Part shown: piece by piece, positions 25,919 through 35,385 of the stretch
How positions within the stretch are numbered: the first letter of the stretch is position 1
Layout: every line of letters starts with the position of its first letter
Source: Clostridia bacterium
GTDB taxonomy: Bacteria > Bacillota > Clostridia > TANB77 > CAG-465
Direction of reading: 5' to 3'
Assembly (NCBI GenBank): GCA_017534305.1
Contig: JAFWCU010000035.1
Coordinates: 79,790 to 143,789, forward strand
Length of the DNA: 64,000 nucleotides
The notes under the pieces: generated by a model
What the model was told of the DNA's origin: nothing
The model's input: only the letters and a program-made list of their open reading frames with translations
The model's database searches: none
Program-made: the position numbers and the translations under genes

Positions 25919-26887
25919 GTGGGATTAAGTGCAAATCTAAGAATACGTAGAGAAGAAATTAAAATGACTCAAAAAGAATTAGCTCAAAAAATAGGTGTAG
26001 AACCAGCAACAATTTCTAAATATGAATCTGGTATGAATGAACCAAATATTAAAAATCTTAAATCTATAGCCGAAGCTCTAGATACTTCAATAGACGAACT
26101 AGTAAAAGAGGAAGAAGATGTAGTAGACTTATCTAAAGTTAATCTATTAGAAATACTAAGAGAGCAAAAGAGAAACAAACTAGAAGGAAATATTTATCAC
26201 TATACTCAAGTAAAATTTGCATATAATACAAACCATATTGAGGGTAGTACATTAACAGAAGAGCAAACTAGATATATATATGAAACCAAAAGTCTATTAA
26301 CTGATCAAAATACATTATCATTTACTAAACTAGATGATATTTATGAAACAGTTAATCATTTTAGACTAGTAGATTATATGATAGATAATGCGGATAAAAA
26401 ACTAACAGAATCAATGATAAAAGAATTTCACAAAATATTAAAAGCCGGAACAAGTGATGAAACAGAAAAAGGATATAATATTGGAGAATACAAAAGCATA
26501 GAAAATTCTGTTGGCAATCTTAAAACAGCTAAACCAAATCAAGTAGCCAAAGAAATAAAAGTATTATTAGAAAAATACAATTCAAAAGAAAAAATAAAAG
26601 TTGAAGATATAATAGATTTTCATGCAAAATTTGAAGCTATACATCCATTTCAAGATGGAAATGGTAGAATAGGAAGAATGATAATGTTCAAAGAATGTCT
26701 AAAAAATAATATAGTACCTTTTATTATTTTAGATAAAGATAAACAATTCTATTATAGAGGACTATATCAATATCAAGAGAGCAAAGAAAAAGGTTATCTA
26801 ATAGATACATGCTTAAACGCACAAGATCAGTATAAAGCTTCTATGGAATATTTCTTAAAAGGTTACACAAAATTAAATAATAAATAA
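25919..26887 (+). CDS. XRE-family HTH domain fused to a Fic domain
   Basis: MTQKELAQKIGVEPATISKYESG (HTH) and HPFQDGNGRIGR (Fic motif HxFx[D/E]GNGRxxR). ORF track 25910; I prefer the GTG at 25919 after AAGGAAG. Confidence 0.8.
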   Translation: MGLSANLRIRREEIKMTQKELAQKIGVEPATISKYESGMNEPNIKNLKSIAEALDTSIDELVKEEEDVVDLSKVNLLEILREQKRNKLEGNIYHYTQVKFAYNTNHIEGSTLTEEQTRYIYETKSLLTDQNTLSFTKLDDIYETVNHFRLVDYMIDNADKKLTESMIKEFHKILKAGTSDETEKGYNIGEYKSIENSVGNLKTAKPNQVAKEIKVLLEKYNSKEKIKVEDIIDFHAKFEAIHPFQDGNGRIGRMIMFKECLKNNIVPFIILDKDKQFYYRGLYQYQESKEKGYLIDTCLNAQDQYKASMEYFLKGYTKLNNK

Positions 26888-26953
26888 AAAGAAAGGGAGC
26901 ACCATTTTCATGGTGCTCTTTTTAGGTGATTACTACAAAAGTAGTAATATGCA

Positions 26954-27919
26954 TTAATATTTTTTGATTCCGCCAAAGTCACTATCGTGTGAATTGATAG
27001 GGCCGCTAGATGTTATCATTTCTTCATCTATTTTTTCTCTAATGTTTTCCATTTTTTCTTGAGTCATAGGACCACGTTTTGGCTTTTCTTCAGTATTGTT
27101 CTCTTTATAATCATAAGTAACTCTTCCTGGGCCTTCATCCATAATGTCATCTCTATTTTTCATAGCATTTTTTATTATTGTAACAAATATAAATACAAAG
27201 AAGAATAAAAATACAAATGGTATTATTGCAAATATTGGGAAAGTATGGTCAGCAACTTCACCAAATATAGATACTATTGTTCCAAATATTGGAATAAAGA
27301 AGAAAAAGAAGAAAAATATTGCTAGGATTGGACCTATTGCAGCTTGATTTTTCTGTGCATTTTCTATTCTTTCAAAAGCCTTGTTAATTGTATTTTCTGC
27401 ATTTTCTCTAACTGTTTCACTTGAAGTAACTGTTTCTTTAGTTTTAGTATTTGAGCTTTGACCTTTGTTTATATTGTTCATAGCTTCTCTAACTTCATCT
27501 CTTTTTAGTGCATAAAGAAGTTGTATATTTTGGTTTTTAAATGTTTCAACAAATGCAATAACATGATCTAGTTGAGACTTATCCATATATACATCTACAT
27601 ATATTTTAAATATATCTCCAGTGTCTTTAGTGCAAACAAGAATAAATTTAGTATATTCCTGTCTTACTTCTACCATTGTAATATCTCCACTACAAATATT
27701 AGTCTTTTTATGTGCTTCTATTGAGCTATTTGTAATGGTATTTACTGGAATGAACAAAATATCATTTTCTGTAGCATTAACTACAAATCTTTTATTTTTT
27801 ACTTTAGTACCTGCTGGATCTTCAGGTAAATCATCAATTCTTGCATCAAAATAATTGTTTCTATGAAACCATAAGTTATTATTTTGAAGTTCACGTTCTA
27901 TTTCATTATTTGTTAGCAT
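26954..27919 (-). CDS. Membrane protein with a soluble N-terminal domain and two Phe-rich TM segments
   Basis: ORF track 26954..27994. I prefer the ATG at 27917-27919 (GGAGG 8 nt upstream). Includes AIFFFFFFFIPIF and FVFLFFFVFIFV. Function unknown. Confidence 0.5.
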   Translation of the reverse strand: MLTNNEIERELQNNNLWFHRNNYFDARIDDLPEDPAGTKVKNKRFVVNATENDILFIPVNTITNSSIEAHKKTNICSGDITMVEVRQEYTKFILVCTKDTGDIFKIYVDVYMDKSQLDHVIAFVETFKNQNIQLLYALKRDEVREAMNNINKGQSSNTKTKETVTSSETVRENAENTINKAFERIENAQKNQAAIGPILAIFFFFFFFIPIFGTIVSIFGEVADHTFPIFAIIPFVFLFFFVFIFVTIIKNAMKNRDDIMDEGPGRVTYDYKENNTEEKPKRGPMTQEKMENIREKIDEEMITSSGPINSHDSDFGGIKKY

Positions 27920-28028
27920 ATAAACCAACCTCCATAACAATTTTATTATATCATTAATTATAAAAAATATACAAGATAGTAAAATAAAAAACACTCCCTT
28001 AAAAGAGAGTGCCTATTTAACATGTGTA

Positions 28029-29342
28029 TTATATTAATTTTGGTAAGAATAAGCTTGCTAGTCCTAAGAATAGGAAGAAGCCTAATACATCTGTTGCTGT
28101 TGTTAAGAATATAGAAGAAGATATTGCTGGATCTATATGAAGTTTTTCTAGAATAATTGGAATTATTAATCCAAAGAATCCTGAGATTATTAAATTTCCA
28201 ATCATTGCTAAGAAGATAATTAATCCAAGATAAACATTTCCATACATTATAGAAACAATTATTCCTGTAATTACTCCAACTGCAGCTCCATTAATTAATC
28301 CTAAAGCAACTTCTTTAAATATTAGTTTCTTAACTTCATTAAATTTAACTTTACCCATTGCTAAGCTTCTAATTATGATAGAAACAGTTTGGCTTCCTGC
28401 ATTTCCACCCATTCCAGCAATTATAGTCATTGTAGCAGAAAGTGCAACAACTTGAGCAATAATTCCTTCAAATGCTTTAATAGTAAATGAAGCAAGGAAT
28501 GCAGTAGCAAGGTTTACTAGTAACCATGGAAGACGTCTTCTAACAGATTGTAGTATAGTACTATCTAGAGTTTCTTCTTTATCTACACCACCCATTTTTA
28601 AGATATCTTCTGTTTGTTCTTCTATGATAACATCTACGATATCGTCTACTGTAATAATACCAAGCATTACTTTTTGGCTGTTTATTACTGGTATTGCATT
28701 TAAGTCATATTTAGAAACTATTTTTGCAACTTCTTCTTGGTCTAAATCTGGATCAACATACATGAAGTTTGGATTCATTAAATCTTCTAATGCTTCAGAG
28801 TGATCTGCAACAAGTAAATCTCTAAGACTTACTGTTCCAACAATTTTTTTATTATTGTTCATTACATATATAGTTTCAATATGTTCTGTTTTTGGTGCAA
28901 TTTCTTTTATTTTTTCTATTGCTTGAGATACTGTAAATCTTCTGTATAGTGCAATATATTCAGTAGTCATGATACCACCAGCACTATCATCTTTATATCC
29001 TAAAAGATCTGTAATTAATTTTTTGTCTCCTGTTTTCATTTTGTTAATTAATTCTTTTCTAAGTCCAGTATTAATTACATCTAGAACGTCTACAATATCA
29101 TCTTTAGACATAAAGCTAAATACTCTTAAAGCTCTGTCTGAATCGATTGAATACATTATTTTCTTTTGAACTTTTTGATCTGCTTCTTCTAGTACACGTG
29201 CAAGGTATTGGTCTTCAAGAGCATCACAAACTTTTTTAATTTCATCATCTTCAAAGTCTGAAAGCATTAAAGCAAGATCAACTAGTCTAATATCATCTGT
29301 GTAAGTAAAATTTGTTAATTCTAATAATTTTAGGTTTTCCAT
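28029..29342 (-). CDS. mgtE: Magnesium transporter MgtE
   Basis: 437 aa: N-domain, tandem CBS region (IVGTVSLRDLL, MLGIITVDDIVDVI), and a C-terminal 5-TM domain with GNAGSQ and TATDVLGF motifs. Confidence 0.9.
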   Translation of the reverse strand: MENLKLLELTNFTYTDDIRLVDLALMLSDFEDDEIKKVCDALEDQYLARVLEEADQKVQKKIMYSIDSDRALRVFSFMSKDDIVDVLDVINTGLRKELINKMKTGDKKLITDLLGYKDDSAGGIMTTEYIALYRRFTVSQAIEKIKEIAPKTEHIETIYVMNNNKKIVGTVSLRDLLVADHSEALEDLMNPNFMYVDPDLDQEEVAKIVSKYDLNAIPVINSQKVMLGIITVDDIVDVIIEEQTEDILKMGGVDKEETLDSTILQSVRRRLPWLLVNLATAFLASFTIKAFEGIIAQVVALSATMTIIAGMGGNAGSQTVSIIIRSLAMGKVKFNEVKKLIFKEVALGLINGAAVGVITGIIVSIMYGNVYLGLIIFLAMIGNLIISGFFGLIIPIILEKLHIDPAISSSIFLTTATDVLGFFLFLGLASLFLPKLI

Positions 29343-29456
29343 CTTTTTTTCCTCCTTTACAATTTAATTTTTTCTTTTAAATAATAAAAGAGAATATATA
29401 ATAAAAACTATATAAATTACTTCATATAATCATCATTTATTTCTAAAAATGGGTGC

Positions 29457-29660
29457 AAAAAAACTATACAAGGAACTTGTATAGAGCGCACAAAAAACAA
29501 ATAAAGTACTATTTTGTTACTTTACTTATAGCAGTCTAATCCATTTGAGTAAGGTTACTCGAAATGGAATCATTCCAAGTTATACAAGTTTTATTATATA
29601 TTCTCGGGTTATACGTACTATCATCTACCATTTCTTTCACCATCCTTTCGTAAAATCAAC
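29457..29660 (-). promoter_or_regulatory. M-box (ykoK)-like Mg2+ riboswitch leader with terminator
   Basis: The leader read on the minus strand shows GGTGAAAG..AACCCGAGAA..TTCGAGTAACC..AAATGGATTAGAC..CTGCTATAAGTAAAG, collinear with M-box core blocks as I remember them. It ends in CTATACAAG-ttc-CTTGTATAG plus T7 (29457-29484). M-boxes commonly precede mgtE in Firmicutes. Confidence 0.55.
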
Positions 29661-29669
29661 TACATAATT

Positions 29670-29699
29670 ATTATACCATAGTTTTTATAGCTATTTCAA
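29670..29699 (-). promoter_or_regulatory. Promoter of the mgtE leader
   Basis: On the minus strand: TTGAAA, 18-nt spacer, TGgTATAAT. Confidence 0.5.
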
Positions 29700-29787
29700 G
29701 CCTTTGACGACAATTTACGACAAAAAACGCAAATTACTTGCAAAAATATAGAGGATACCATTAAGTATCCTCTAATATTGTATTACT

Positions 29788-31674
29788 TTAGTCTAAGATG
29801 TTTCTTTCATATTCTTTGTATTTCTCTTTTAAAGATTCCATATCTTTTTCAAGAGTAATTATTAGTTTAGATGCTTTGTCTAAATCACCTTTATCAAAGG
29901 CATCTTTAACTTTAGTCATAATAGATTTTTCAATCTTAGTATCTTTGTATATGTTAGTTTTAAGTGAATGAATTTCGTTCCATCTTTCATTGTCTAATTC
30001 ATCTGTACTTTCAATTTTAACCATTTTTTCTAGTTCATGATAATGTGTTCTAATTTTAGTATTTAGTACTAGAGTTTTCCAATTGTTAATTACAGATTGC
30101 TTATATGAAGCAATGATTTCATCTCTGAAAACATCACCTCTTTTAAGTATTTTAATTTTCTCTTTTTCTGTATCTAAATGTTTAATGTTTTCATATACAG
30201 TTTTAGGTGGAACACCAAAGTATTTTTCTCTTTCTTCTTCAGTGTAGAACTCAAAGATATCTTCTTCGCTTCTATATGTTCTATCTTTTTCTAGATATTG
30301 TGCATCTTCACCATAAGCTTTATCTATTTCTTTTAGAAGTTCGTTTTCATTCTTGTTAGAGTCTATTGCATATTCAATTCCATCTATCATTGCCATTAAT
30401 GATACAGCCATACATAGATATAGGTTTGAATTTGGGTTTGGTGAACGAAGTTCAAATCTTGTTTCATATGGATTTTCTGAGTTATTAACAAGTCCAATTA
30501 AAACGCTTCTGTTACGAGTTGCGTTTTCCACACTATACCCAAGAGATGTAACAGTTGCAACTGGTGCTTCAAATCCTGGTTGTAGTCTGTTTAGTGCATC
30601 ATCTGTAGAAGAAATAAATGGGTTCATTACTTCATAGTTTTTAAGTATTCCCATTAAAGCTCCATAACCTACAACACTTAAGAATGTATTTTCTCTTGGA
30701 TGGAAAATGTTAATTTTTGTTCCATCATCTAAAACCATAACTGCACCTAAATGTAAGTGCATACCATTTCCTGCAACATGTTCAATTGGTTTTGCCATAA
30801 ATGTAGTTTCTAAGCCAAATTCTTCAAATACTTTTTTAACTATATTTTTGACAAGGATTTGTTTATCTGCTGAGTCAACTGGAGTAGAGTATTTCCAATC
30901 CACTTCAATTTGCTCCATTATTTCATTGTATTTACCATCTTTAGAACGAGTTGGTCTTACACCACCTACTTCTTTGTGTCCCATTTCTGGTTCTAGTTCA
31001 TAGTCTTCAAGTTGAAGTAGTGTTTCTTCTAAAGCAGATCTTACTGTTCCTTCGATTCTATTCCAGTATTGTTCATTCATATTTTGTGAAGCAGCAAGCT
31101 CTTCAATTTTAGGTTCACTAGTTGGAGTTTTAGTCCAAAACTCAAGTTCTGTTGCTGTAGTAAAATACAAATCTTTAATTCTACTAGAATCTAAATTAAA
31201 TAATCTAATTGAGTTGTCTTTTATCTTATTTAGTATTGCTTCTCTTGCAGTTTCCATAGCATTGTATAAAAGACTTCTAGAGTCAACAACATCACTGTTG
31301 TGTTTTAAAAATGCTGGGATAATAAGTGTACCGATTGGACGTTCTGTTCTCTGGTCAAGTAAATCCTCGTTGTAATCTACATACCAAGCTACGTCTAAAT
31401 CCATAGGCATATCTATTCTTGCATCATTTAGTTTAGAGATTAACGGTAAGTTAACAGAAGAACCATCTGTCTGGATTGCTTTACCATTCAAATATCCTTT
31501 TAGGTCTTTTACAAACTCTCTAATTGGAATTCTTTCGTCTGTAACGTTACCGTATAAGTCTATTGACATGAATGAAGCAAACTTAATCTCTGGATGATTT
31601 TTTAAAATGTCTAGAATATCGCGTTCATTATGCTTTTCTACCGGTATTTTAAATAGTGTCTTTTCTTCTTTCAT
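29788..31674 (-). CDS. glnA: Glutamine synthetase, long (type III-like) form
   Basis: 628 aa. GS catalytic-domain blocks: ATELEFW, HKEVGG, AGNGMHLHLG, NRSVLIG, RFELRSPNPNSNLYL. It is longer than the ~445-aa type I enzymes. Confidence 0.7.
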   Translation of the reverse strand: MKEEKTLFKIPVEKHNERDILDILKNHPEIKFASFMSIDLYGNVTDERIPIREFVKDLKGYLNGKAIQTDGSSVNLPLISKLNDARIDMPMDLDVAWYVDYNEDLLDQRTERPIGTLIIPAFLKHNSDVVDSRSLLYNAMETAREAILNKIKDNSIRLFNLDSSRIKDLYFTTATELEFWTKTPTSEPKIEELAASQNMNEQYWNRIEGTVRSALEETLLQLEDYELEPEMGHKEVGGVRPTRSKDGKYNEIMEQIEVDWKYSTPVDSADKQILVKNIVKKVFEEFGLETTFMAKPIEHVAGNGMHLHLGAVMVLDDGTKINIFHPRENTFLSVVGYGALMGILKNYEVMNPFISSTDDALNRLQPGFEAPVATVTSLGYSVENATRNRSVLIGLVNNSENPYETRFELRSPNPNSNLYLCMAVSLMAMIDGIEYAIDSNKNENELLKEIDKAYGEDAQYLEKDRTYRSEEDIFEFYTEEEREKYFGVPPKTVYENIKHLDTEKEKIKILKRGDVFRDEIIASYKQSVINNWKTLVLNTKIRTHYHELEKMVKIESTDELDNERWNEIHSLKTNIYKDTKIEKSIMTKVKDAFDKGDLDKASKLIITLEKDMESLKEKYKEYERNILD

Positions 31675-31837
31675 AGTTTTCCTCCCATCTATAACAATAT
31701 TATATATAAAAACAAAAAAATGTACATATTATTTAGTAAATTTTCACTAAAATATAATATAACAATTAAAGTAATTCTTGTATTATTTTCCTCTTCGTGA
31801 TAATCTATAGATATATTAGAAAAGAATAGGTGAGATT

Positions 31838-33352
31838 ATGTATAAAGATAACAAAATTTTAATTTCAAAAACAGCTAAAGGAGAAGAACTTTGCATACTT
31901 CCAGACAAAGCAAATAGACACGGACTAATTACAGGTGCATCTGGATCAGGTAAAACAATAACTTTAAAGGTTATGGCAGAGTCATTCTCTAGCATGGGAG
32001 TACCAGTATTTCTTGCAGACGTAAAAGGAGACCTTGCAGGTTGCTGTATACCAGGACAAACTAACGAAAAACTAGAGCAAAGATTAAGCTCAATTGGAAT
32101 TGAAAACTTTGAATACAAAGGATTTCCTACTGTGTTTTGGGATGTAAATGGAGCAGATGGTCATCCAATTAGAACAACAGTATCTAGTGTTGGTTCTGTA
32201 ATTTTATCTCGTATGCTTGGACTTTCAGATGCTCAAGAGGGAGTACTTGCTATTGCATTTAAAATTGCAAGAGATAAAAATCTGGAATTAATTGACTTAG
32301 ATGACTTAAGACTACTTCTTCAATATATTGGAGAAAACAAAGATGAGTTTATACTAGGATATGGTAATATTGCTCCACAATCTGTAGGAAGCATACAAAG
32401 AAGTATATTAATGCTAGAAGAGCAAGGAGGAAACAACTTCTTTGGAGAACCGGCAATAGATATAAATGACTTTCTACATACAGACTTACAAACTGGCTTT
32501 GGTAATATTAACATTCTACATGCTGTAGAACTATTTAAACAACCAGATTTATATGCATGTTTTATGTTATGGCTGCTTACAACTCTTAACCAAAATATGC
32601 CAGAAGTAGGTGATCTTGAAAAGCCAAAAATGGTATTCTTCTTTGATGAAGCTCATTTACTATTTAACAACATGCCAAATTACATGTTAACACAAGTAAT
32701 ACAAGTAGTTAAATTAATACGTTCAAAAGGTATAGGTCTATTCTTTATATCTCAATCTCCAGCAGATATACCAAACGAAGTGCTAGCTCAACTTGGAAAT
32801 ATTGTACAACATACCTTACGTGCATATTCTCCTGCAGAACAACGTGCAGTAAAAGTAATTGCAGATTCATTTAGACCAAATCCAGAAATGAATACTGAAC
32901 AAACAATTCTTGAACTTGGAACAGGTGAGGCAGTAATTTCATTTGTAAATGAAAAAGGTGAACCAAGTATAGTACAAAGAGGAACAATTTTACCACCTCA
33001 ATCTCAAATGGGTGCAATAGATGGATCTCTTCGCCTAATGGTATTAAATAGAAGTGAATTTAAAGGTAAATATGATAACAAGATAAATAGAGAATCTGCA
33101 TATGAGATTATACAAGCTCAAATGCAAGAAAAACTAGCTGTAAAACAAGCAGAAGAAGATAAAAAAGCTGCTGAAAAACTTAAAAAAGAAGAAGAAAAAG
33201 CAAAAGCTGCAGCAGAAAAAGAAAAGAAAAAGAATAAATCTGTAGTAGAAAAAGCTATGGAAAAAACTGCTAAGTCTGCTTTTAACTCAGTAACAAGAAA
33301 AGCAGGAAGTAAGATAGCAAAAACATTCTGGAATAGTTTATTCAAAAAATAA
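31838..33352 (+). CDS. DUF853 / HerA-like P-loop ATPase (YjgR family)
   Basis: ANRHGLITGASGSGKTITLKVMAESFSSMGVPVFLADVKGDL closely parallels E. coli YjgR as I recall it. Walker B is VFFFDEAHLLF. Lys/Glu-rich C-terminal tail. Confidence 0.75.
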   Translation: MYKDNKILISKTAKGEELCILPDKANRHGLITGASGSGKTITLKVMAESFSSMGVPVFLADVKGDLAGCCIPGQTNEKLEQRLSSIGIENFEYKGFPTVFWDVNGADGHPIRTTVSSVGSVILSRMLGLSDAQEGVLAIAFKIARDKNLELIDLDDLRLLLQYIGENKDEFILGYGNIAPQSVGSIQRSILMLEEQGGNNFFGEPAIDINDFLHTDLQTGFGNINILHAVELFKQPDLYACFMLWLLTTLNQNMPEVGDLEKPKMVFFFDEAHLLFNNMPNYMLTQVIQVVKLIRSKGIGLFFISQSPADIPNEVLAQLGNIVQHTLRAYSPAEQRAVKVIADSFRPNPEMNTEQTILELGTGEAVISFVNEKGEPSIVQRGTILPPQSQMGAIDGSLRLMVLNRSEFKGKYDNKINRESAYEIIQAQMQEKLAVKQAEEDKKAAEKLKKEEEKAKAAAEKEKKKNKSVVEKAMEKTAKSAFNSVTRKAGSKIAKTFWNSLFKK

Positions 33353-33372
33353 TAAAAAATACTATATCGCCG

Positions 33373-33401
33373 TTGACAATTTTACTGGCTTATAGTATTA
33401 T
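33373..33401 (+). promoter_or_regulatory. Candidate ilv leader promoter nested in the upstream gene's terminator region
   Basis: TTGACA, 17-nt spacer, TATTAT. The predicted start (~33408) lies inside the 5' arm of the 33403-33437 hairpin, so transcripts from this promoter would lack the full terminator stem. Confidence 0.45.
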
Positions 33402-33402
33402 T

Positions 33403-33437
33403 AAAACAACTCAAATAAAACTGAGTTGTTTTTTTAT
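33403..33437 (+). terminator. Intrinsic terminator of the DUF853 gene
   Basis: AAAACAACTCA-loop-TGAGTTGTTTT hairpin followed by a T-run. Confidence 0.6.
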
Positions 33438-33467
33438 ATAATTTTGTAAAAGAAAGAGGGTAACAAA

Positions 33468-33509
33468 ATGAATAAATCTAATATTGTTTTAGTCGGACTA
33501 CTTAGGTAA
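33468..33509 (+). CDS. Candidate 13-aa branched-chain-rich leader peptide
   Basis: AGAGGG RBS. Product is MNKSNIVLVGLLR, where 6 of 7 consecutive codons are Ile/Val/Leu. Located 140 nt upstream of ilvB. Confidence 0.4.
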   Translation: MNKSNIVLVGLLR

Positions 33510-33589
33510 GCATCGCATATCACTGTAGATATGGGGTGCTAATTTCCATACCTACAGTAGTCCCAAACGATATTAGTAAAATAGAGTTT

Positions 33590-33622
33590 AAGCTATGTAG
33601 GTAAAACTGCATAGCTTTTTTT
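33590..33622 (+). terminator. Attenuator terminator immediately upstream of ilvB
   Basis: AAGCTATG-loop-CATAGCTT followed by TTTTTT. It ends 28 nt before the ilvB start. Confidence 0.6.
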
Positions 33623-33649
33623 GTACCTAAAATTATGGAGGTGTTTAAA

Positions 33650-35383
33650 ATGTGGATAACAGGAGCAGAATTATTTGTTAAAGCATTAAGAGAAGAGGGG
33701 GTTAAAACATTATTTGCATACCCGGGTGGGTCGGCAATAGATCTATTTGATGCATTATATGGAGTAAAAGATATAGATGTAGTACTACCACGTCATGAAC
33801 AAGCGCTAGTTCATGCGGCAGATGGATATGCACGTGCTACAGGAGAGGTAGGTGTATGTTTAGTTACAAGTGGACCAGGTGCTACAAATCTAGTTACAGG
33901 TATTGCAACAGCAAATTATGATTCAGTACCACTTGTATGTTTTACGGGTCAAGTACCAACAAGTTTAATTGGAAATGATGCATTTCAAGAAGTAGATACA
34001 GTTGGAATTGTTAGAAACATATGCAAGTATGCTGTTACAGTAAGAAAAAGAGAAGATTTGGGAAGAATAATACATAATGCTTTTTATATTGCAAAAAGTG
34101 GTAAACCAGGTGTAGTTGTGGTAGATATACCAAAAGATATACAATTAGCACTAGGCTCAGATGAAATACCAAAAGATATACATATTAGAGGATATAATCC
34201 AAATACTTCAGTACATATTGGACAAGTAAATAAAGCATTAGAAGTATTAGAAAGAGCTAAAAGACCAGTATTTCTACTTGGTGGAGGAATTAATGTAGCA
34301 AGAGCAAATGCTAAAATGACTGAACTTGCAGAAAAAATGGGAATGCCAGTTGTAACAACAATTATGGGCAAAGGTGCTATACCAACAAACCATGATTTAT
34401 ACATTGGAAACTTAGGAATACATGGTAGCTATGCTGCAAATACTGCAATTTCAAAATGTGATGTGCTATTTTCAATAGGTACAAGATTTAACGATAGGAT
34501 AACAGGAAAGATAGAAAAGTTTGCTTCACATGCAACTATAATCCATGTAGATATAGATCCTGCATCAATTTCTAGAAATATATCTGTTAATATACCAATA
34601 GTTGGAGATGCAAATAATGCAATAGAGGCGTTACTTAAGAGGGCAAAACACTTGGATATAGATGAATGGAGACAAGAGGTTACAGCATGGCGGGATGATT
34701 TCCCTATTCAAATGAAAAAAGATGAAGATGTATTAACACCAGAATATATAATTAAAGCTATAAACAGAAATTACAAAAATGCAATTATTACTACAGATGT
34801 AGGACAAAATCAATTATGGACTACTCAATATATTGAAATAGATGAAAACAAGAGACTACTTACTTCTGGAGGACTTGGAACAATGGGATATGGATTACCT
34901 TCGGCAATAGGAGCAAAAATTGGATGCCCTTCAAAAGATGTAGTAAGTATTAATGGCGATGGTGGTATTCAGATGAATATACAAGAATTGGCTACAGCAG
35001 TTTCACAAGAACTACCAATTACAATATGTATATTCAATAATGGATATCTTGGAAATGTTAGACAATGGCAGGAGATGTTCTATAACAAGCGTTATTCACT
35101 AACTTGCCTAAAATATACTAAATCATGTAATAGAGATTGCGCAAATTGTACAAAAAAGCAAACAACTTATACACCAGATTTTATTAAACTTGCTCAAAGT
35201 TATGGTGCAAAAGGAATAAGAGTATTTAAACCAGAGGAAGTAGTTAATGCTTTTAAAGAGGCAAAGAAAAACAAGAATACTCCAACAATAATTGAATTTA
35301 TAATACCAGATGATTTAAATGTTCTACCAATGGTAAAACCAGGAAATACATTAGATGATATGGTAATGGATAAGGGGGAATAG
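33650..35383 (+). CDS. ilvB: Acetolactate synthase large subunit
   Basis: ORF track 33635. I prefer the ATG at 33650 because the 33635 ATG is part of the GGAGGTG RBS. ThDP-enzyme blocks: FAYPGGSAIDLFDAL, GPGATNLVTGIATA, GLGTMGYGLPSAIGA, NGDGGIQMNIQEL. Confidence 0.9.
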   Translation: MWITGAELFVKALREEGVKTLFAYPGGSAIDLFDALYGVKDIDVVLPRHEQALVHAADGYARATGEVGVCLVTSGPGATNLVTGIATANYDSVPLVCFTGQVPTSLIGNDAFQEVDTVGIVRNICKYAVTVRKREDLGRIIHNAFYIAKSGKPGVVVVDIPKDIQLALGSDEIPKDIHIRGYNPNTSVHIGQVNKALEVLERAKRPVFLLGGGINVARANAKMTELAEKMGMPVVTTIMGKGAIPTNHDLYIGNLGIHGSYAANTAISKCDVLFSIGTRFNDRITGKIEKFASHATIIHVDIDPASISRNISVNIPIVGDANNAIEALLKRAKHLDIDEWRQEVTAWRDDFPIQMKKDEDVLTPEYIIKAINRNYKNAIITTDVGQNQLWTTQYIEIDENKRLLTSGGLGTMGYGLPSAIGAKIGCPSKDVVSINGDGGIQMNIQELATAVSQELPITICIFNNGYLGNVRQWQEMFYNKRYSLTCLKYTKSCNRDCANCTKKQTTYTPDFIKLAQSYGAKGIRVFKPEEVVNAFKEAKKNKNTPTIIEFIIPDDLNVLPMVKPGNTLDDMVMDKGE

Positions 35384-35385
35384 CT

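Noticed and set aside
27290-27320. A purine-rich tract AAGAAGAAAAAGAAGAAAAAT encoding seven consecutive Phe residues on the minus strand, considered as a possible slippery or phase-variable site.
   Set aside because: The tract is interrupted (no homopolymer longer than 5). It is in frame and sits within a plausible Phe-rich TM helix, so there is no evidence of phase variation.
31675-31837. A GlnR/TnrA box (TGTNA-N7-TNACA) in the glnA / DUF853 divergent region.
   Set aside because: Only a TGTACA half-site-like sequence is present. No full 17-bp inverted repeat was seen.
31816-32118. A 100-aa minus-strand ORF at the start of the DUF853 gene.
   Set aside because: It is antisense to a gene with strong YjgR-like similarity and has no RBS.
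33440-33634. A T-box riboswitch upstream of ilvB, the usual Firmicute mechanism.
   Set aside because: I could not find the conserved T-box sequence (AAnnnGGGTGGTACCGCG-like) or a Stem I with AGAGA/GNUGGA elements. The only GGGGTGCTAA stretch diverges right after GGGTG. This should still be tested with a covariance model.
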